This document shows positions 18,378 to 27,519 of a stretch of 64,000 nt of DNA, one piece after another (the first letter of the stretch is position 1; each line of letters opens with the position of its first letter). The notes under the pieces were generated by a model. That model ran no database searches. It saw nothing but the letters and a program-made list of their open reading frames with translations, and was not told the origin of the DNA. This DNA comes from a virus. The stretch is taken from the IMG/VR virus record IMGVR_UViG_3300031452_000002; one strand, 5' to 3'. A program made the translations under genes and the position numbers.

Positions 18378-18899
18378 ATGGAACCTGTCATAGCCCATTT
18401 TGATGGACTCGTGGAACCACGTAATCCAGGTGGTCACGCCTGCGGTGGATGGGTCATACTGGCGCACCCTGCCGTGCAGGGACTCGAAAAGATGATCGCG
18501 GGCTACACGATCTACGGTCACGGCGAGGGAATGACGAACAATCTAGCCGAGTACAGCGCCGCGCTTGACGCGCTGCGCGCCGTCTATCGCATCGGGTGGC
18601 GCGGGCCGGTTGTGTTACGTGGTGATAGCCAGTTGGTCATCCGGCAGACGACCGGCCAATACGCCTGCAACGTGCCGCACCTGATCACGCTGCGTGACAA
18701 GTTGCGTGGGGCCATGACGCACTTTGAGAGCGTCACCCTCGAATGGGTGGGGCGTGACGACAACGAATTGGCCGATCGGCAGTCGCGCATCGCCTATGAG
18801 AGTGCGCGTCGAATGTTTGGGAATGTGCGGCCCGACCCGTGGAACATACACGATGACGTACGTCAAGAGATAGAGGCGCGAAAGGCGGTGCAAGCATGA
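18378..18899 (+). CDS. Ribonuclease HI-like protein
   Basis: HFDG..EPRNPGG, TNNLAEY, GDSQLVIRQ, WVGRDDNELAD. Confidence 0.85.
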   Translation: MEPVIAHFDGLVEPRNPGGHACGGWVILAHPAVQGLEKMIAGYTIYGHGEGMTNNLAEYSAALDALRAVYRIGWRGPVVLRGDSQLVIRQTTGQYACNVPHLITLRDKLRGAMTHFESVTLEWVGRDDNELADRQSRIAYESARRMFGNVRPDPWNIHDDVRQEIEARKAVQA

Positions 18900-18918
18900 C
18901 AACCGACCAAAGAATGAC

Positions 18919-19311
18919 ATGCGCTATAGCCATTCATCGCCACAGGGCGCGACGGTGGACCCACAGGCCGGGTATCGGGCGCTGCTGGATTGTCTGGCAC
19001 CTCACGCGGACGATGGCCTACTGGCGCGCACAGGCGCGGCAAGCAAAGGGAGGGCAGGCGGCATGAGCGACTACCACGGCTATGCATGCCGCGAGCGCGC
19101 CATCAGGCGGGCGGCGCGCGTGGGGTTGATGCACAGGCTGGCATGCCGTGCCATCGCGCGTGAGTTCGACCTGGCCCTACCTGAACAGGTGTGTTCCGCA
19201 TACAACCGGCACGCCTGGGCCAGGGTCGACGCCGACGCGCGCATCGCGCGACTCAAACGACAGACAGACAACGAGAGAGACGACGAGCAGGAAAGGAGCG
19301 CCGCGGCATGA
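18919..19311 (+). CDS. Hypothetical protein (start uncertain)
   Basis: Fills the gap and couples to the next gene. Confidence 0.35.
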   Translation: MRYSHSSPQGATVDPQAGYRALLDCLAPHADDGLLARTGAASKGRAGGMSDYHGYACRERAIRRAARVGLMHRLACRAIAREFDLALPEQVCSAYNRHAWARVDADARIARLKRQTDNERDDEQERSAAA

Positions 19312-19883
19312 TAGAGCACAACGACACGACAGGGGCTGGGCGAGCGACGGACGCCGGGGAACCGATGATGCCGAAGGCGCTAGTCGGGATGCGAGGACCG
19401 CGCGAGATACACGCGGCCATCGACCAGGCCAAACAAGAGGCGCGGGACGAGCGTCAGGCGGCGCGGGTTATCGACCGGGAGTTTGACGGCGCTATGCCGA
19501 CTGACCCCTTCGAGTCGCACCAACGGCATACGAAAAAAGCCGAGATGGCCGACGACGCCGTGCGCGCGTTGTACCGGGAGTTGTGGGACAACCCGGCGAG
19601 CGCGCTGACGCCGGAGCAGATCAAAGCCGACGCGCGAGCTGTCGGCGACGCGCCGTGGTACGCGGCAGGCGCGGCCACGCCCGAGGAGGTGCGACGCATG
19701 GCGGCGCTGGCCGACCCGGCGCGCATCGTCGGCTACGCGTTCGGGGACGAGGACAGTGCAGGCGATGAGGATGAACCCGTGAGGGCGGGCGGCGCGTGGC
19801 GCGTGCTCCTGGGGATCGCGGGCATCGTGGCGGTGCTGGCTCTGCCGTCGCTGTGGGAGGGGTTGGTGCGATGGCTGTCATAG
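19308..19883 (+). CDS. Hypothetical protein with C-terminal TM segment
   Basis: SD AAGGAG; hydrophobic C terminus. Confidence 0.55.
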   Translation: MIEHNDTTGAGRATDAGEPMMPKALVGMRGPREIHAAIDQAKQEARDERQAARVIDREFDGAMPTDPFESHQRHTKKAEMADDAVRALYRELWDNPASALTPEQIKADARAVGDAPWYAAGAATPEEVRRMAALADPARIVGYAFGDEDSAGDEDEPVRAGGAWRVLLGIAGIVAVLALPSLWEGLVRWLS

Positions 19884-20101
19884 GGGCTGCGGGTACCGAT
19901 ATGGATGGAGAGGACAGCGCCATGGTGACGGTGGACACAAGCTATCAGCAAGGCATAGAAACCGCCGCTATCATCGGCGCGCGTAATGACAGAAGTGTGG
20001 ACAAATCGGACTGGATACGCATCTGGGTCATGAGCCGCAAGCAGCAGGGTTTACCACACGACTCCGACGACTGGAAGCACGCATACGAGAAGGGACGGTA
20101 A
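19871..20101 (+). CDS. Hypothetical protein
   Basis: Operon position. Confidence 0.4.
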   Translation: MAVIGAAGTDMDGEDSAMVTVDTSYQQGIETAAIIGARNDRSVDKSDWIRIWVMSRKQQGLPHDSDDWKHAYEKGR

Positions 20102-20105
20102 GCCG

Positions 20106-20609
20106 ATGGACGTAATAGAGGCGGTGGGGAGCCGCTGGCATGCGGCAACGCCCCACAGGCGCACAGGGGCGCGGAGAGGAGCGAGGGGCACGCGGAGAGG
20201 CAGATGGGCTATCGTCGCGCTGCTGACGCTGACGGGGCTTACTGTTGCCCCGCACAAGGCGCATGCCGATGGGATTACCGACCTGAACGTGTTGGCTAGC
20301 GTGCAGCGGTGGTCAATCGCGTATACCCTTGACCCTGCTTATGTGGAGCGCGTCATCCTGTGCGAGAGTAGCGGAGATGTCAACGCGTTCAATCCGAGTG
20401 GCGCCAGCGGCGTCTTGCAATTCAAGGTCGACACATTCCTCGAATTGGAGGCGCGGCTCGATCAAGATCCGACCCTGGCGCCGGGGTTGTCATCTTTCGA
20501 TCCTGAGTATCGTGGGTTGTGGGACGCCGATGCTCAGATCCACGTATTTTCGTGGTTTTTGTACCACTTTGGAACAATAGGCGTGGCCCAACTGTGGGCG
20601 TGTGCATGA
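20106..20609 (+). CDS. Secreted lytic transglycosylase (SLT/lysozyme-like)
   Basis: Signal-like WAIVALLTLTGLTVAPHKAHA; ILCESSGDVNAFNPSGASGVLQF. Confidence 0.7.
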   Translation: MDVIEAVGSRWHAATPHRRTGARRGARGTRRGRWAIVALLTLTGLTVAPHKAHADGITDLNVLASVQRWSIAYTLDPAYVERVILCESSGDVNAFNPSGASGVLQFKVDTFLELEARLDQDPTLAPGLSSFDPEYRGLWDADAQIHVFSWFLYHFGTIGVAQLWACA

Positions 20610-21352
20610 TCAACCTCATACATGGCGACTGCTTAGATGTCATGCGCGGCATGCCGAGTGGCAGCGTGGACCTTGTATTTACCAGCCCACCATACAATCT
20701 CGGTAACTCGACCGGCGCGGGGGTGAAAGGTAACGCGGCATCCAATAGCACCCTCTGGACTTCATCAAAGTTGGGCGCGGGCTATGACGACTATGGGGAC
20801 GATCTGCCATGGCATGAGTATGTGGCCTGGCAGAAAGACGTACTTGCCGAATGCTGGCGACTCCTAAGCGATGAGGGGGCCATTTTCTATAACCATCGCC
20901 CGCGTGTGCAGGACGGCATGCTCCGCACGGCTTTCGACCTCAATCCCGGCTTGCCGGTGCGGCAGGTTATCATCTGGGACCGCAAGGGATGGGGCATCAA
21001 CTTCACCACCATGAATTACTTGCCGACGGTGGAGTGGGTGGTGGTGTTCGCCAAGCTCGCGTTCCGGCTCAAAGATCAGGGCGCGTCGGCGGTCAGCGAC
21101 ATTTGGCGTATCACGCCCGACCAGAAGAATCCGCATCCCGCGCCGTTCCCTCTTGGCTTGCCGCTACGTGCCATTGTCTCTACCACCGCGCGACACGTCC
21201 TTGATCCATTCATGGGGAGCGGGACAACTGGCCGCGCCGCCGTCATGGAAGGACGTGACTTCACAGGAATTGACCGCGTGGCCGCCTATGTCGAAATGGC
21301 CCGCCAGAACATAGCTACATCGGAGCAACAACCAATGTTGTTTACAGCATGA
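20606..21352 (+). CDS. DNA amino-methyltransferase (N4-C/N6-A, beta class)
   Basis: GDCLDVM, VFTSPPYN, HPAPFP, VLDPFMGSGTTG; start re-assigned to MINLIHGD. Confidence 0.88.
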   Translation: MINLIHGDCLDVMRGMPSGSVDLVFTSPPYNLGNSTGAGVKGNAASNSTLWTSSKLGAGYDDYGDDLPWHEYVAWQKDVLAECWRLLSDEGAIFYNHRPRVQDGMLRTAFDLNPGLPVRQVIIWDRKGWGINFTTMNYLPTVEWVVVFAKLAFRLKDQGASAVSDIWRITPDQKNPHPAPFPLGLPLRAIVSTTARHVLDPFMGSGTTGRAAVMEGRDFTGIDRVAAYVEMARQNIATSEQQPMLFTA

Positions 21353-21591
21353 CAGCACAACGCGCGATAGAGGGCCAAGAGGGGCAGCGGGCGGCGCGCA
21401 CGTTCACGGCGCGACGGACGACGCACCGGACGTTGCGCGTAGACAAGCTGGGCGGGGAGGGTTACATCGAGTTGGGACTGGGCACGATAGAGCGGACGCG
21501 ATTGGCGCTGGAGGATGCCCTGAGTGCGCTCTATGGTGAACCGTGCCAGGTGCAGGTAGAGCGTGCGAGGAAAGGGGCGCAGCAGGAATGA
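21349..21591 (+). CDS. Hypothetical protein
   Basis: ATGA coupling. Confidence 0.45.
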   Translation: MTAQRAIEGQEGQRAARTFTARRTTHRTLRVDKLGGEGYIELGLGTIERTRLALEDALSALYGEPCQVQVERARKGAQQE

Positions 21592-21884
21592 GCGAGCGCG
21601 ACTGGGACGCATTTAGGTATCGTCGCACGACCGATCTAGGCGACGGAGCATTTACGGTCTCAACGATTTTCGGTGGCCCGATGAGGGCACATCCCGAAAC
21701 TATAATCTTCGATAACCGCACCCATGACGCGCGTTACCACGAGAGCCACGCCACCTATGAGGTCGGTGCGTTGGATGCGTGCCATGAGCGCATCGTGGCC
21801 GCGTTCGCGGCGGGGGAGATTGAGCTAATTCCGGCCATGCGTGACGGGTGGTGGCTGGAAACGGGCGTTGAGGAGGGCGTATGA
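21588..21884 (+). CDS. Hypothetical protein
   Basis: ATGA coupling. Confidence 0.45.
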   Translation: MSERDWDAFRYRRTTDLGDGAFTVSTIFGGPMRAHPETIIFDNRTHDARYHESHATYEVGALDACHERIVAAFAAGEIELIPAMRDGWWLETGVEEGV

Positions 21885-22087
21885 GCAAGCTCGAAGGCGT
21901 GACCGGCCCCGTGTTCAAGTCGCTGACGATAAACATGGACTTTTGCCAGGTGGATATGTGTGGCAAGCAGGCGTTTTACGATGTGCATATCAAAATGAAC
22001 AATAAGGTCGTCAAAGGCATAACAGTAGCGATGTGCCGGGAACATGGCGATTATGCGACCCCTGTCACGATGGACGGTGAGTCATGA
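21881..22087 (+). CDS. Hypothetical Cys-containing protein
   Basis: SD GAGGAGG; coupled. Confidence 0.5.
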   Translation: MSKLEGVTGPVFKSLTINMDFCQVDMCGKQAFYDVHIKMNNKVVKGITVAMCREHGDYATPVTMDGES

Positions 22088-22311
22088 GCGAGTGCGAATG
22101 GGCGGCGGCCGAGCGGGGACGCCTCGACCAGGAGCGGGTCGAACGCGTTCTAGAGCGGATCACCGTGCGGCGCCGTGTGTATACGCCTGCGATGGCTAGA
22201 CGGCGGCGCTTATGGATGCGTGTGAAGTGGCTGGATGATCATGTGGCGCGGCACACGCTGCCGCCGTTGTGCGCCCTAGTGATGCGCGGTGGATGGAGGC
22301 GAGGATCATGA
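22084..22311 (+). CDS. Hypothetical protein
   Basis: ATGA coupling. Confidence 0.45.
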   Translation: MSECEWAAAERGRLDQERVERVLERITVRRRVYTPAMARRRRLWMRVKWLDDHVARHTLPPLCALVMRGGWRRGS

Positions 22312-22709
22312 TAAGCGACGAGGCGCTGATAGAGATTGCATACAAAGCGTTCCTGACGATGGCACCGGATGACGGCGACGAGTACGAGGCGTACGACGAC
22401 CTGGACGCGCGTCAACGGGATGCTTTGGGCGCGATGGTGGGGGCCGTGCGCGCGGCGGTCATGCACGACGCGATAGTGGCGCTCAGGGGCATAAGGACGC
22501 GCGCGTGTGACGACTACGATATCACAGCCAGCGGCGCTTTTCACATGGCCGTGCGGGTCGGGACGATAGACGACGCGTTGCTGGCGCTTGGGGCCGTTCC
22601 TGACACCGGCGTCGATGATAGCGGAGAGGGCGAGGATGCCGACAACCGGCATGACGACGCGATGGGGCGCCACGATAGAGAGGACGGGCACAAACATGGG
22701 AACGATTAG
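22308..22709 (+). CDS. Hypothetical acidic protein
   Basis: ATGA coupling; SD GGAGG. Confidence 0.5.
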   Translation: MISDEALIEIAYKAFLTMAPDDGDEYEAYDDLDARQRDALGAMVGAVRAAVMHDAIVALRGIRTRACDDYDITASGAFHMAVRVGTIDDALLALGAVPDTGVDDSGEGEDADNRHDDAMGRHDREDGHKHGND

Positions 22710-23127
22710 TCACTTCGGGCCGGCGAACGCGGAGCGTTTCGTAATGGCGGTCTGCACGCATTTCAACATCAGCATTGAGGAGTTGCGCGGCAAGGACCGC
22801 CGCATGGCGCTGGTGACGGCACGGCGCTGCCTGGCCTACCTCCTTGTCCACGAGGCGGGTCTGTGTGCTACCGAGGCGGGCCGCATCATGGGTCGGGACC
22901 GCAGCACGGTTGAACACCACGTCGCCGTCGTTGAGAGCGCGCGGGGGAAGGGCGGTTCCGGCGCCGGGGCCGATAAGCACATGGCGACGCACCTGCGCTG
23001 CGTGCGCAGCGAAGCCAAGTGGTTGACACAGCAGGCGCGGATCAAACGTGAGATGCGCGCGATAGATCCGGTGGCTATCGCCGGGGTGCGCGCCCTGTCT
23101 CTCTCCGGCAAGATGGCGTTTGCATAG
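22696..23127 (+). CDS. Stand-alone DnaA C-terminal (domain IV)-like HTH protein
   Basis: FNISIEELRGKDR...ARRCLAYLL...EAGRIMGRDRSTVEH. Confidence 0.7.
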   Translation: MGTISHFGPANAERFVMAVCTHFNISIEELRGKDRRMALVTARRCLAYLLVHEAGLCATEAGRIMGRDRSTVEHHVAVVESARGKGGSGAGADKHMATHLRCVRSEAKWLTQQARIKREMRAIDPVAIAGVRALSLSGKMAFA

Positions 23128-23146
23128 GACAGTAGTCGCGGGGGCG

Positions 23147-23182
23147 CAAGAATCCCACAGCCTGTAGGCGTGGGAGTATCAA
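23147..23182 (+). mobile_element. Orphan IS200/IS605-type end hairpin 1
   Basis: CAAGAATCCCACAGCCTGTAGGCGTGGGAGTATCAA. Confidence 0.6.
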
Positions 23183-23200
23183 AGAGCGGAGGGCACGACG

Positions 23201-23836
23201 ATGACGGTGGCGAAAGATTGGGCGCGGGCCATGACGGAACCGTTGCCCCAGGAGTGGGCCGACGAGGCGGCGCGGCTGGCGCGTGAGCCCGTGGCCGTGA
23301 CGACGGTGACGCTGGCGGTGCCCCCCTCAATCAATCACTGGTGGAAGCCGTTCACGCTGCATCGGGGCGGGCATGCGGTGGCGTCCATCAAGCTCACCGA
23401 AGAAGCGGAGGCGTATACGGCGCGGGCGTGGGCCGACCTGCGTCGGCAGAAGCAGACACCCCAGGCGCTGGCCGCCCGTTATGCCGACCTGTGGCTCACC
23501 TTCCACGTCGGGACGTATCTGGCGACGCCTCTGGAGCGCGATGCCGACGGCCCCGTAAAGCCACTCCAAGATCTCCTCTGCGGCGTGCTTGGTGTTGACG
23601 ATTGTCGTGTCCGTCAGGTGGTGGCGCGGGTCGCGCTGGACCCGGCCAACCCTCGTCTAGAGGTCACGATAGAGGGCTACCGCGCATGGGACGCCGGTGG
23701 GGAGGGGCGTGGGCCGTGGTACGTGATGCGGTCCAAGCGGGTCGGGGCGTCGCTGTTGACGGAGCCGGTGCTGGTGACGACGCGCAAGTGCAAGGCCGGG
23801 CTGTTGGACGCCAATGGCGCGAAAGGAGCAGCGTGA
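23201..23836 (+). CDS. rusA: RusA-like Holliday junction resolvase
   Basis: VPPSINHWW, RDADGPVKPLQDLL...GVDDCRV, NPRLEVTI. Confidence 0.7.
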   Translation: MTVAKDWARAMTEPLPQEWADEAARLAREPVAVTTVTLAVPPSINHWWKPFTLHRGGHAVASIKLTEEAEAYTARAWADLRRQKQTPQALAARYADLWLTFHVGTYLATPLERDADGPVKPLQDLLCGVLGVDDCRVRQVVARVALDPANPRLEVTIEGYRAWDAGGEGRGPWYVMRSKRVGASLLTEPVLVTTRKCKAGLLDANGAKGAA

Positions 23837-23952
23837 TGTTTCAGAGCGAAAACGAATTAATGAATTGGCGCATCGTTGCTATTGGTGTAGCGACGCTGTT
23901 TGTGCTGTTAGGCGTGGCCGCCATTGTGTTGGCTGTCTCGCAACTTCATTAG
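23836..23952 (+). CDS. Small TM peptide
   Basis: SD AAGGAG; one hydrophobic helix. Confidence 0.4.
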   Translation: MFQSENELMNWRIVAIGVATLFVLLGVAAIVLAVSQLH

Positions 23953-23971
23953 ATCGGTGAGGGGGGCGGAA

Positions 23972-24271
23972 ATGAGTGAAGCGGAACACGCGGCGGCGTT
24001 GAAAGATGGTCCGACACCGGCAGAATTACAGGGCCGGCTTAATGAGTCCTTCATCAACTTCTACGCTTGTGAGGCTATGCAGGGTGCCGTGGCAAGCATT
24101 GTATTGGCACTCAGCACGACGTTCACTAGCGAAGAATCTGACGGCGCATTGGTAGTGCAACGGGCGATTATGAGCGATGCGGCGATGGCTTTGCGTAATG
24201 AGTGCATGGTTTATCATCATTTGTGCGCCGCTGCACTCTCGAAAGCGCAGTTGGACCTACTGCGTCAATAA
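23972..24271 (+). CDS. Hypothetical protein whose stop codon lies in the IS end
   Basis: TAA 24269-24271 directly follows GTCAA of the tnpB element end. Confidence 0.45.
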   Translation: MSEAEHAAALKDGPTPAELQGRLNESFINFYACEAMQGAVASIVLALSTTFTSEESDGALVVQRAIMSDAAMALRNECMVYHHLCAAALSKAQLDLLRQ

Positions 24272-24278
24272 CCGTCAG

Positions 24279-25442
24279 CTAAAAGCAGACGGCTTGTCCC
24301 TCCACCGAAGCGGGAGACGATAGGCCAATTGACGGTGGCCCGCCAGCAGTGGTCATGCCTCTGCTGGCAAGGAGTTTAGCGGCAATATTCAAGGCTCCGT
24401 TGCGGTCGGCATTGGTCCGATACCCGCAGGAGCGACACCAAAACTCCGCTTGTGAACGACGGTTAGAGCGGTGTTGAAAGGAACAGCGATGACAGGTTTG
24501 CGATGTATGCCTAGGGTCTACACCCTCAACACGGATACCCCGATCCTCAGCCTTGTAGGCGATCATGACCCGGAGACTCGCAAAGGACCAGCTATGCAGC
24601 CGCCTTTGTCCGCCGTTGGCCTTCTTCGCCTTGACGCGGGAACGGATATTGGTGAGGTTCTCAACAGCAATGGTCGCGCCTACGGGCGCCCCGTCCACGA
24701 TGCGCCGACTGACGACATGATCGTGGTCGCGCCGCCGTCGCGTCGTCTTGCCAGAAAGACGTTTGAGATGCCGTTTGGCGCTCTTGGTTCCTTTCTTCTG
24801 AAGCGCACGACGCAGTCGAAAGTCGCGGGCTTCCAGTTCGCGCCAACGTCGCTCGCCGTGGAAGCGGTTGTCGCTGCTGACGGCGGCGCGTGTCACGCCC
24901 ATGTCCACTCCCACTACCACCTCGGTCGGCTCCACATCCGGCGCAGGCACGGAGACGACGACGTGCAGATACCAATGCCCACGGCGTTGAATCAAATCGG
25001 CGGTCGCGGTGGGGCAACCGGCATAGCGCGCCGCATAGGCTGGGACGTGGAAGGGAATGCGCTGCCGTCCCTGCATCGTGGACAGGCTAACTATGCCGGT
25101 TGCCCAGTCAAGTCGATAGGTGCGCTCATTGTAGCGTGGCGGACACGACGCGGAGTGCGGGCAGGACACACGTCGCCCCTGCCGTTGCCGGGTCAGCGCA
25201 CTCCTAATCGCCTCAGTCGCCTTGACGCGCGCCTGGATGTGCAGGTTGCTCGGCAACGCAGGACACGCCGCTTGCGCCTCTCGGTACGTCGCATGGTGGA
25301 GTTTGACGCCGTTCTTCTCTGCATTGTGCCATCCGTGCGCGCACACGAGATTGAAGGCGTCGGTAAATCCACGCGCCGTCGCGGCCAGCAGGTCGCCATG
25401 TTCTCGCGTCGGCGTGAGCATGAGGCGTATCGTCCTATCCAT
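24279..25442 (-). CDS. tnpB: RNA-guided endonuclease TnpB
   Basis: RuvC VGVDMG, IAVENL, NADRNGALNI; zinc finger TSQTCHRC...CRSCG; start re-assigned to MDRTIRL. Confidence 0.93.
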   Translation of the reverse strand: MDRTIRLMLTPTREHGDLLAATARGFTDAFNLVCAHGWHNAEKNGVKLHHATYREAQAACPALPSNLHIQARVKATEAIRSALTRQRQGRRVSCPHSASCPPRYNERTYRLDWATGIVSLSTMQGRQRIPFHVPAYAARYAGCPTATADLIQRRGHWYLHVVVSVPAPDVEPTEVVVGVDMGVTRAAVSSDNRFHGERRWRELEARDFRLRRALQKKGTKSAKRHLKRLSGKTTRRRRDHDHVVSRRIVDGAPVGATIAVENLTNIRSRVKAKKANGGQRRLHSWSFASLRVMIAYKAEDRGIRVEGVDPRHTSQTCHRCSFQHRSNRRSQAEFWCRSCGYRTNADRNGALNIAAKLLASRGMTTAGGPPSIGLSSPASVEGQAVCF

Positions 25443-25448
25443 ATCGGT

Positions 25449-25459
25449 AGTATACCACA
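25449..25459 (-). promoter_or_regulatory. Extended -10 promoter for tnpB
   Basis: TGTGGTATACT ending 6 nt before the ATG (likely leaderless). Confidence 0.5.
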
Positions 25460-25645
25460 AAAAGCATATATAACTAGTTTCTGAAAGGAGGGACCGCATT
25501 CCACCGCCTCCTTTAGGAGGCGGTGGAATGCGGGATTCTGCATGCCCCAGGAACGTTAGAGCATCGTGTCCCAAGCGACGACAATAACACATAGAAAGAC
25601 TAGGGGGCATGTCTTCAGCCTCCACTACGGTGAAAGGAAATTGTA

Positions 25646-25969
25646 ATGGCAGAATGGATTACCGAACCTCGGAATGTGACGGTAGAGGTTGCGCCGAAGG
25701 GTGTCATTATTACGATGGTCTCAGGACCGATGGGCATCAATGACTACAAGTACCTTCTAACGCCTCGCCAGGTGGCTCACCTGCGTCGCGATCTGACTGT
25801 CGAGCTAGAGGCCACGCTTAATGCCCTAAAGAGCGCGCTGGATGGTATACCTGCGGCACAGAATGAGACGAGGTGGATGACGGGGATGGTTAACGTTGAC
25901 GAGGAAGCCGCGCGAGGGCAGGCATCGGGAACGTACCCCTTGGCAACGCCCATAAAGCACGAAAGCTAA
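25646..25969 (+). CDS. Hypothetical protein
   Basis: SD AAAGGA. Confidence 0.55.
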   Translation: MAEWITEPRNVTVEVAPKGVIITMVSGPMGINDYKYLLTPRQVAHLRRDLTVELEATLNALKSALDGIPAAQNETRWMTGMVNVDEEAARGQASGTYPLATPIKHES

Positions 25970-25989
25970 CGAGAAGGAGTAAGGACAGC

Positions 25990-27441
25990 ATGACGACAGA
26001 ACAAGCGGCAAAAACGCGGGGCGGCCAGCACGCCTACGTGCTAGCGACAATCCCGGTGGAGATGATCGAGATACAGGAGCAGATACGCCAAGATTGGGAG
26101 CACGACGACAGTGCGGAGAAGATGCGTGAACTCACGGAGACGGTGCGAGAATGGGGCATCTTGCAACCGCTCTTGGTCAAGCAGACCGGGGCTGCGAACA
26201 GGTATCGACTGGTGGCAGGGCATCGGCGCTACAAGGGCGCGCTGGAGGCGGGCGACCCGTTGGTGCCGTGCATGATTTGGAGCGGGAATGATAAGGATAT
26301 CCCGCTCATCCAGTTGATCGAGAACACGCAGCGCCAACATCTGTCGTTTGCCGACAAGGTAGCGGCGTTGCAAAAGTTGGTTGACGGAGATCGGTCATCC
26401 GCTTCCGTTGATCATGAGTGGAGTGTGCCACACGGTACGACCGCTAGAATCTTAAGGATAGCATGTCATCCAGTGTTGATGAGCGGGCTAACGCATGATT
26501 TGATTGCTGAGTCAACATCTGTGCTTGTCCTGAACTTACACGAGGACTATAGCGCGCCGCTCTATGATATGCTGCGCAACCATCAACGAGTAACAGAGGC
26601 GATGGTGCAGGAAGCGCGTCAACAGCAGGAACGGGATGGCATTGTAAAGGATGCTCACGTTCATCGACGCGGGCTAACTGATCACACGAAAGTACGTGTC
26701 GATGAGGTGGGGAAGTTAACGGAGCAGGGGCTAACGCTAGAGGAGATTGCGACACATCTAGGCATCTCAAAATCCCTAGCTTATCAGGATAAACAACGCT
26801 ATCAATATGGGCTTGTCAGTGAAACCCCACTCACGCAGCAAGCGTTGCGGTCACTGGTTATCGTTCTCTCCGCTGATGGATTGTCGCGGAGTGCGATTGC
26901 TATAAGAGCGGGTGTGGATCGAGCTGTAATTGATCGGATACTACGGGAGATTGAGCGCGACGCATCCGCGCCCGCCTCCAACTACTTCGCGCAACCCGAC
27001 TCCGACGCACCCATCCCAAACGCGGTGCGCTCGCCCTTGCCGCAGCGCACCGACAACCCGACTGCGCCGGATGCCGCACCGTCCCCTGTTCATACGCGCC
27101 CCACACATAGCCCCATCCTATGGGAAAACATGGATGAGGACATGCGGTTACAGACCAGGGATAACACAGGGCTCCCGGTCACGGTGGACACGCGCGATTA
27201 CCTTGTCAATGCGGTCCAGACAAAAGACGCGGAGCAAACAGGCGCGACGACAGCGCCGACCATCCCCCCGCGCTATGTGGCCGACCCGACACTGGCCGAC
27301 ATGACCGTCCTGCTGCGCAACCACTTGACGCCGCTGCTACGACTGCTGCAATGGGCAGGCGGGCACGGTATGAACGCGGCGCAACTCCACGACGAGATTA
27401 AGGATTTGTACGGCACAGAGTCGCGCCGACCAGTGGCGTGA
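25990..27441 (+). CDS. ParB/Srx-domain protein with additional HTH motifs
   Basis: GILQPLLV, YRLVAGHRRY, LIENTQRQHL; LTLEEIATHLGISKS and LSRSAIAIRAGV. Confidence 0.8.
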   Translation: MTTEQAAKTRGGQHAYVLATIPVEMIEIQEQIRQDWEHDDSAEKMRELTETVREWGILQPLLVKQTGAANRYRLVAGHRRYKGALEAGDPLVPCMIWSGNDKDIPLIQLIENTQRQHLSFADKVAALQKLVDGDRSSASVDHEWSVPHGTTARILRIACHPVLMSGLTHDLIAESTSVLVLNLHEDYSAPLYDMLRNHQRVTEAMVQEARQQQERDGIVKDAHVHRRGLTDHTKVRVDEVGKLTEQGLTLEEIATHLGISKSLAYQDKQRYQYGLVSETPLTQQALRSLVIVLSADGLSRSAIAIRAGVDRAVIDRILREIERDASAPASNYFAQPDSDAPIPNAVRSPLPQRTDNPTAPDAAPSPVHTRPTHSPILWENMDEDMRLQTRDNTGLPVTVDTRDYLVNAVQTKDAEQTGATTAPTIPPRYVADPTLADMTVLLRNHLTPLLRLLQWAGGHGMNAAQLHDEIKDLYGTESRRPVA

Positions 27442-27450
27442 TTAGGGAGG

Positions 27451-27496
27451 AGAAATCCAGTCAGTAGCCCACGGCTTTAGCCGTGTGGAGTGTCAA
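27451..27496 (+). mobile_element. Orphan IS200/IS605-type end hairpin 2
   Basis: TAGCCCACGGCTTTAGCCGTGTGGAGTGTCAA. Confidence 0.6.
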
Positions 27497-27519
27497 GTAG
27501 GCTAAGAGAGGGTATCTTC

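Larger units (their letters stand above)
24264..25533 (-). mobile_element. IS200/IS605-family (IS1341-like) tnpB-only element; left boundary approximate
   Basis: Right end CAAGCCGTCTGCTTTTAGCTGACGGTTATTGAC (minus strand); perfect 19-bp hairpin 25494-25533 upstream of tnpB; no tnpA. Confidence 0.75.

Noticed and set aside
22696-23127. Host dnaA / chromosomal origin
   Set aside because: Only the C-terminal HTH is present, and it is surrounded by phage genes.
24279-25625. 448-aa TnpB start given in the ORF track
   Set aside because: The extension runs through the left-end hairpin and promoter; ATG 25442 after the extended -10 is more plausible.
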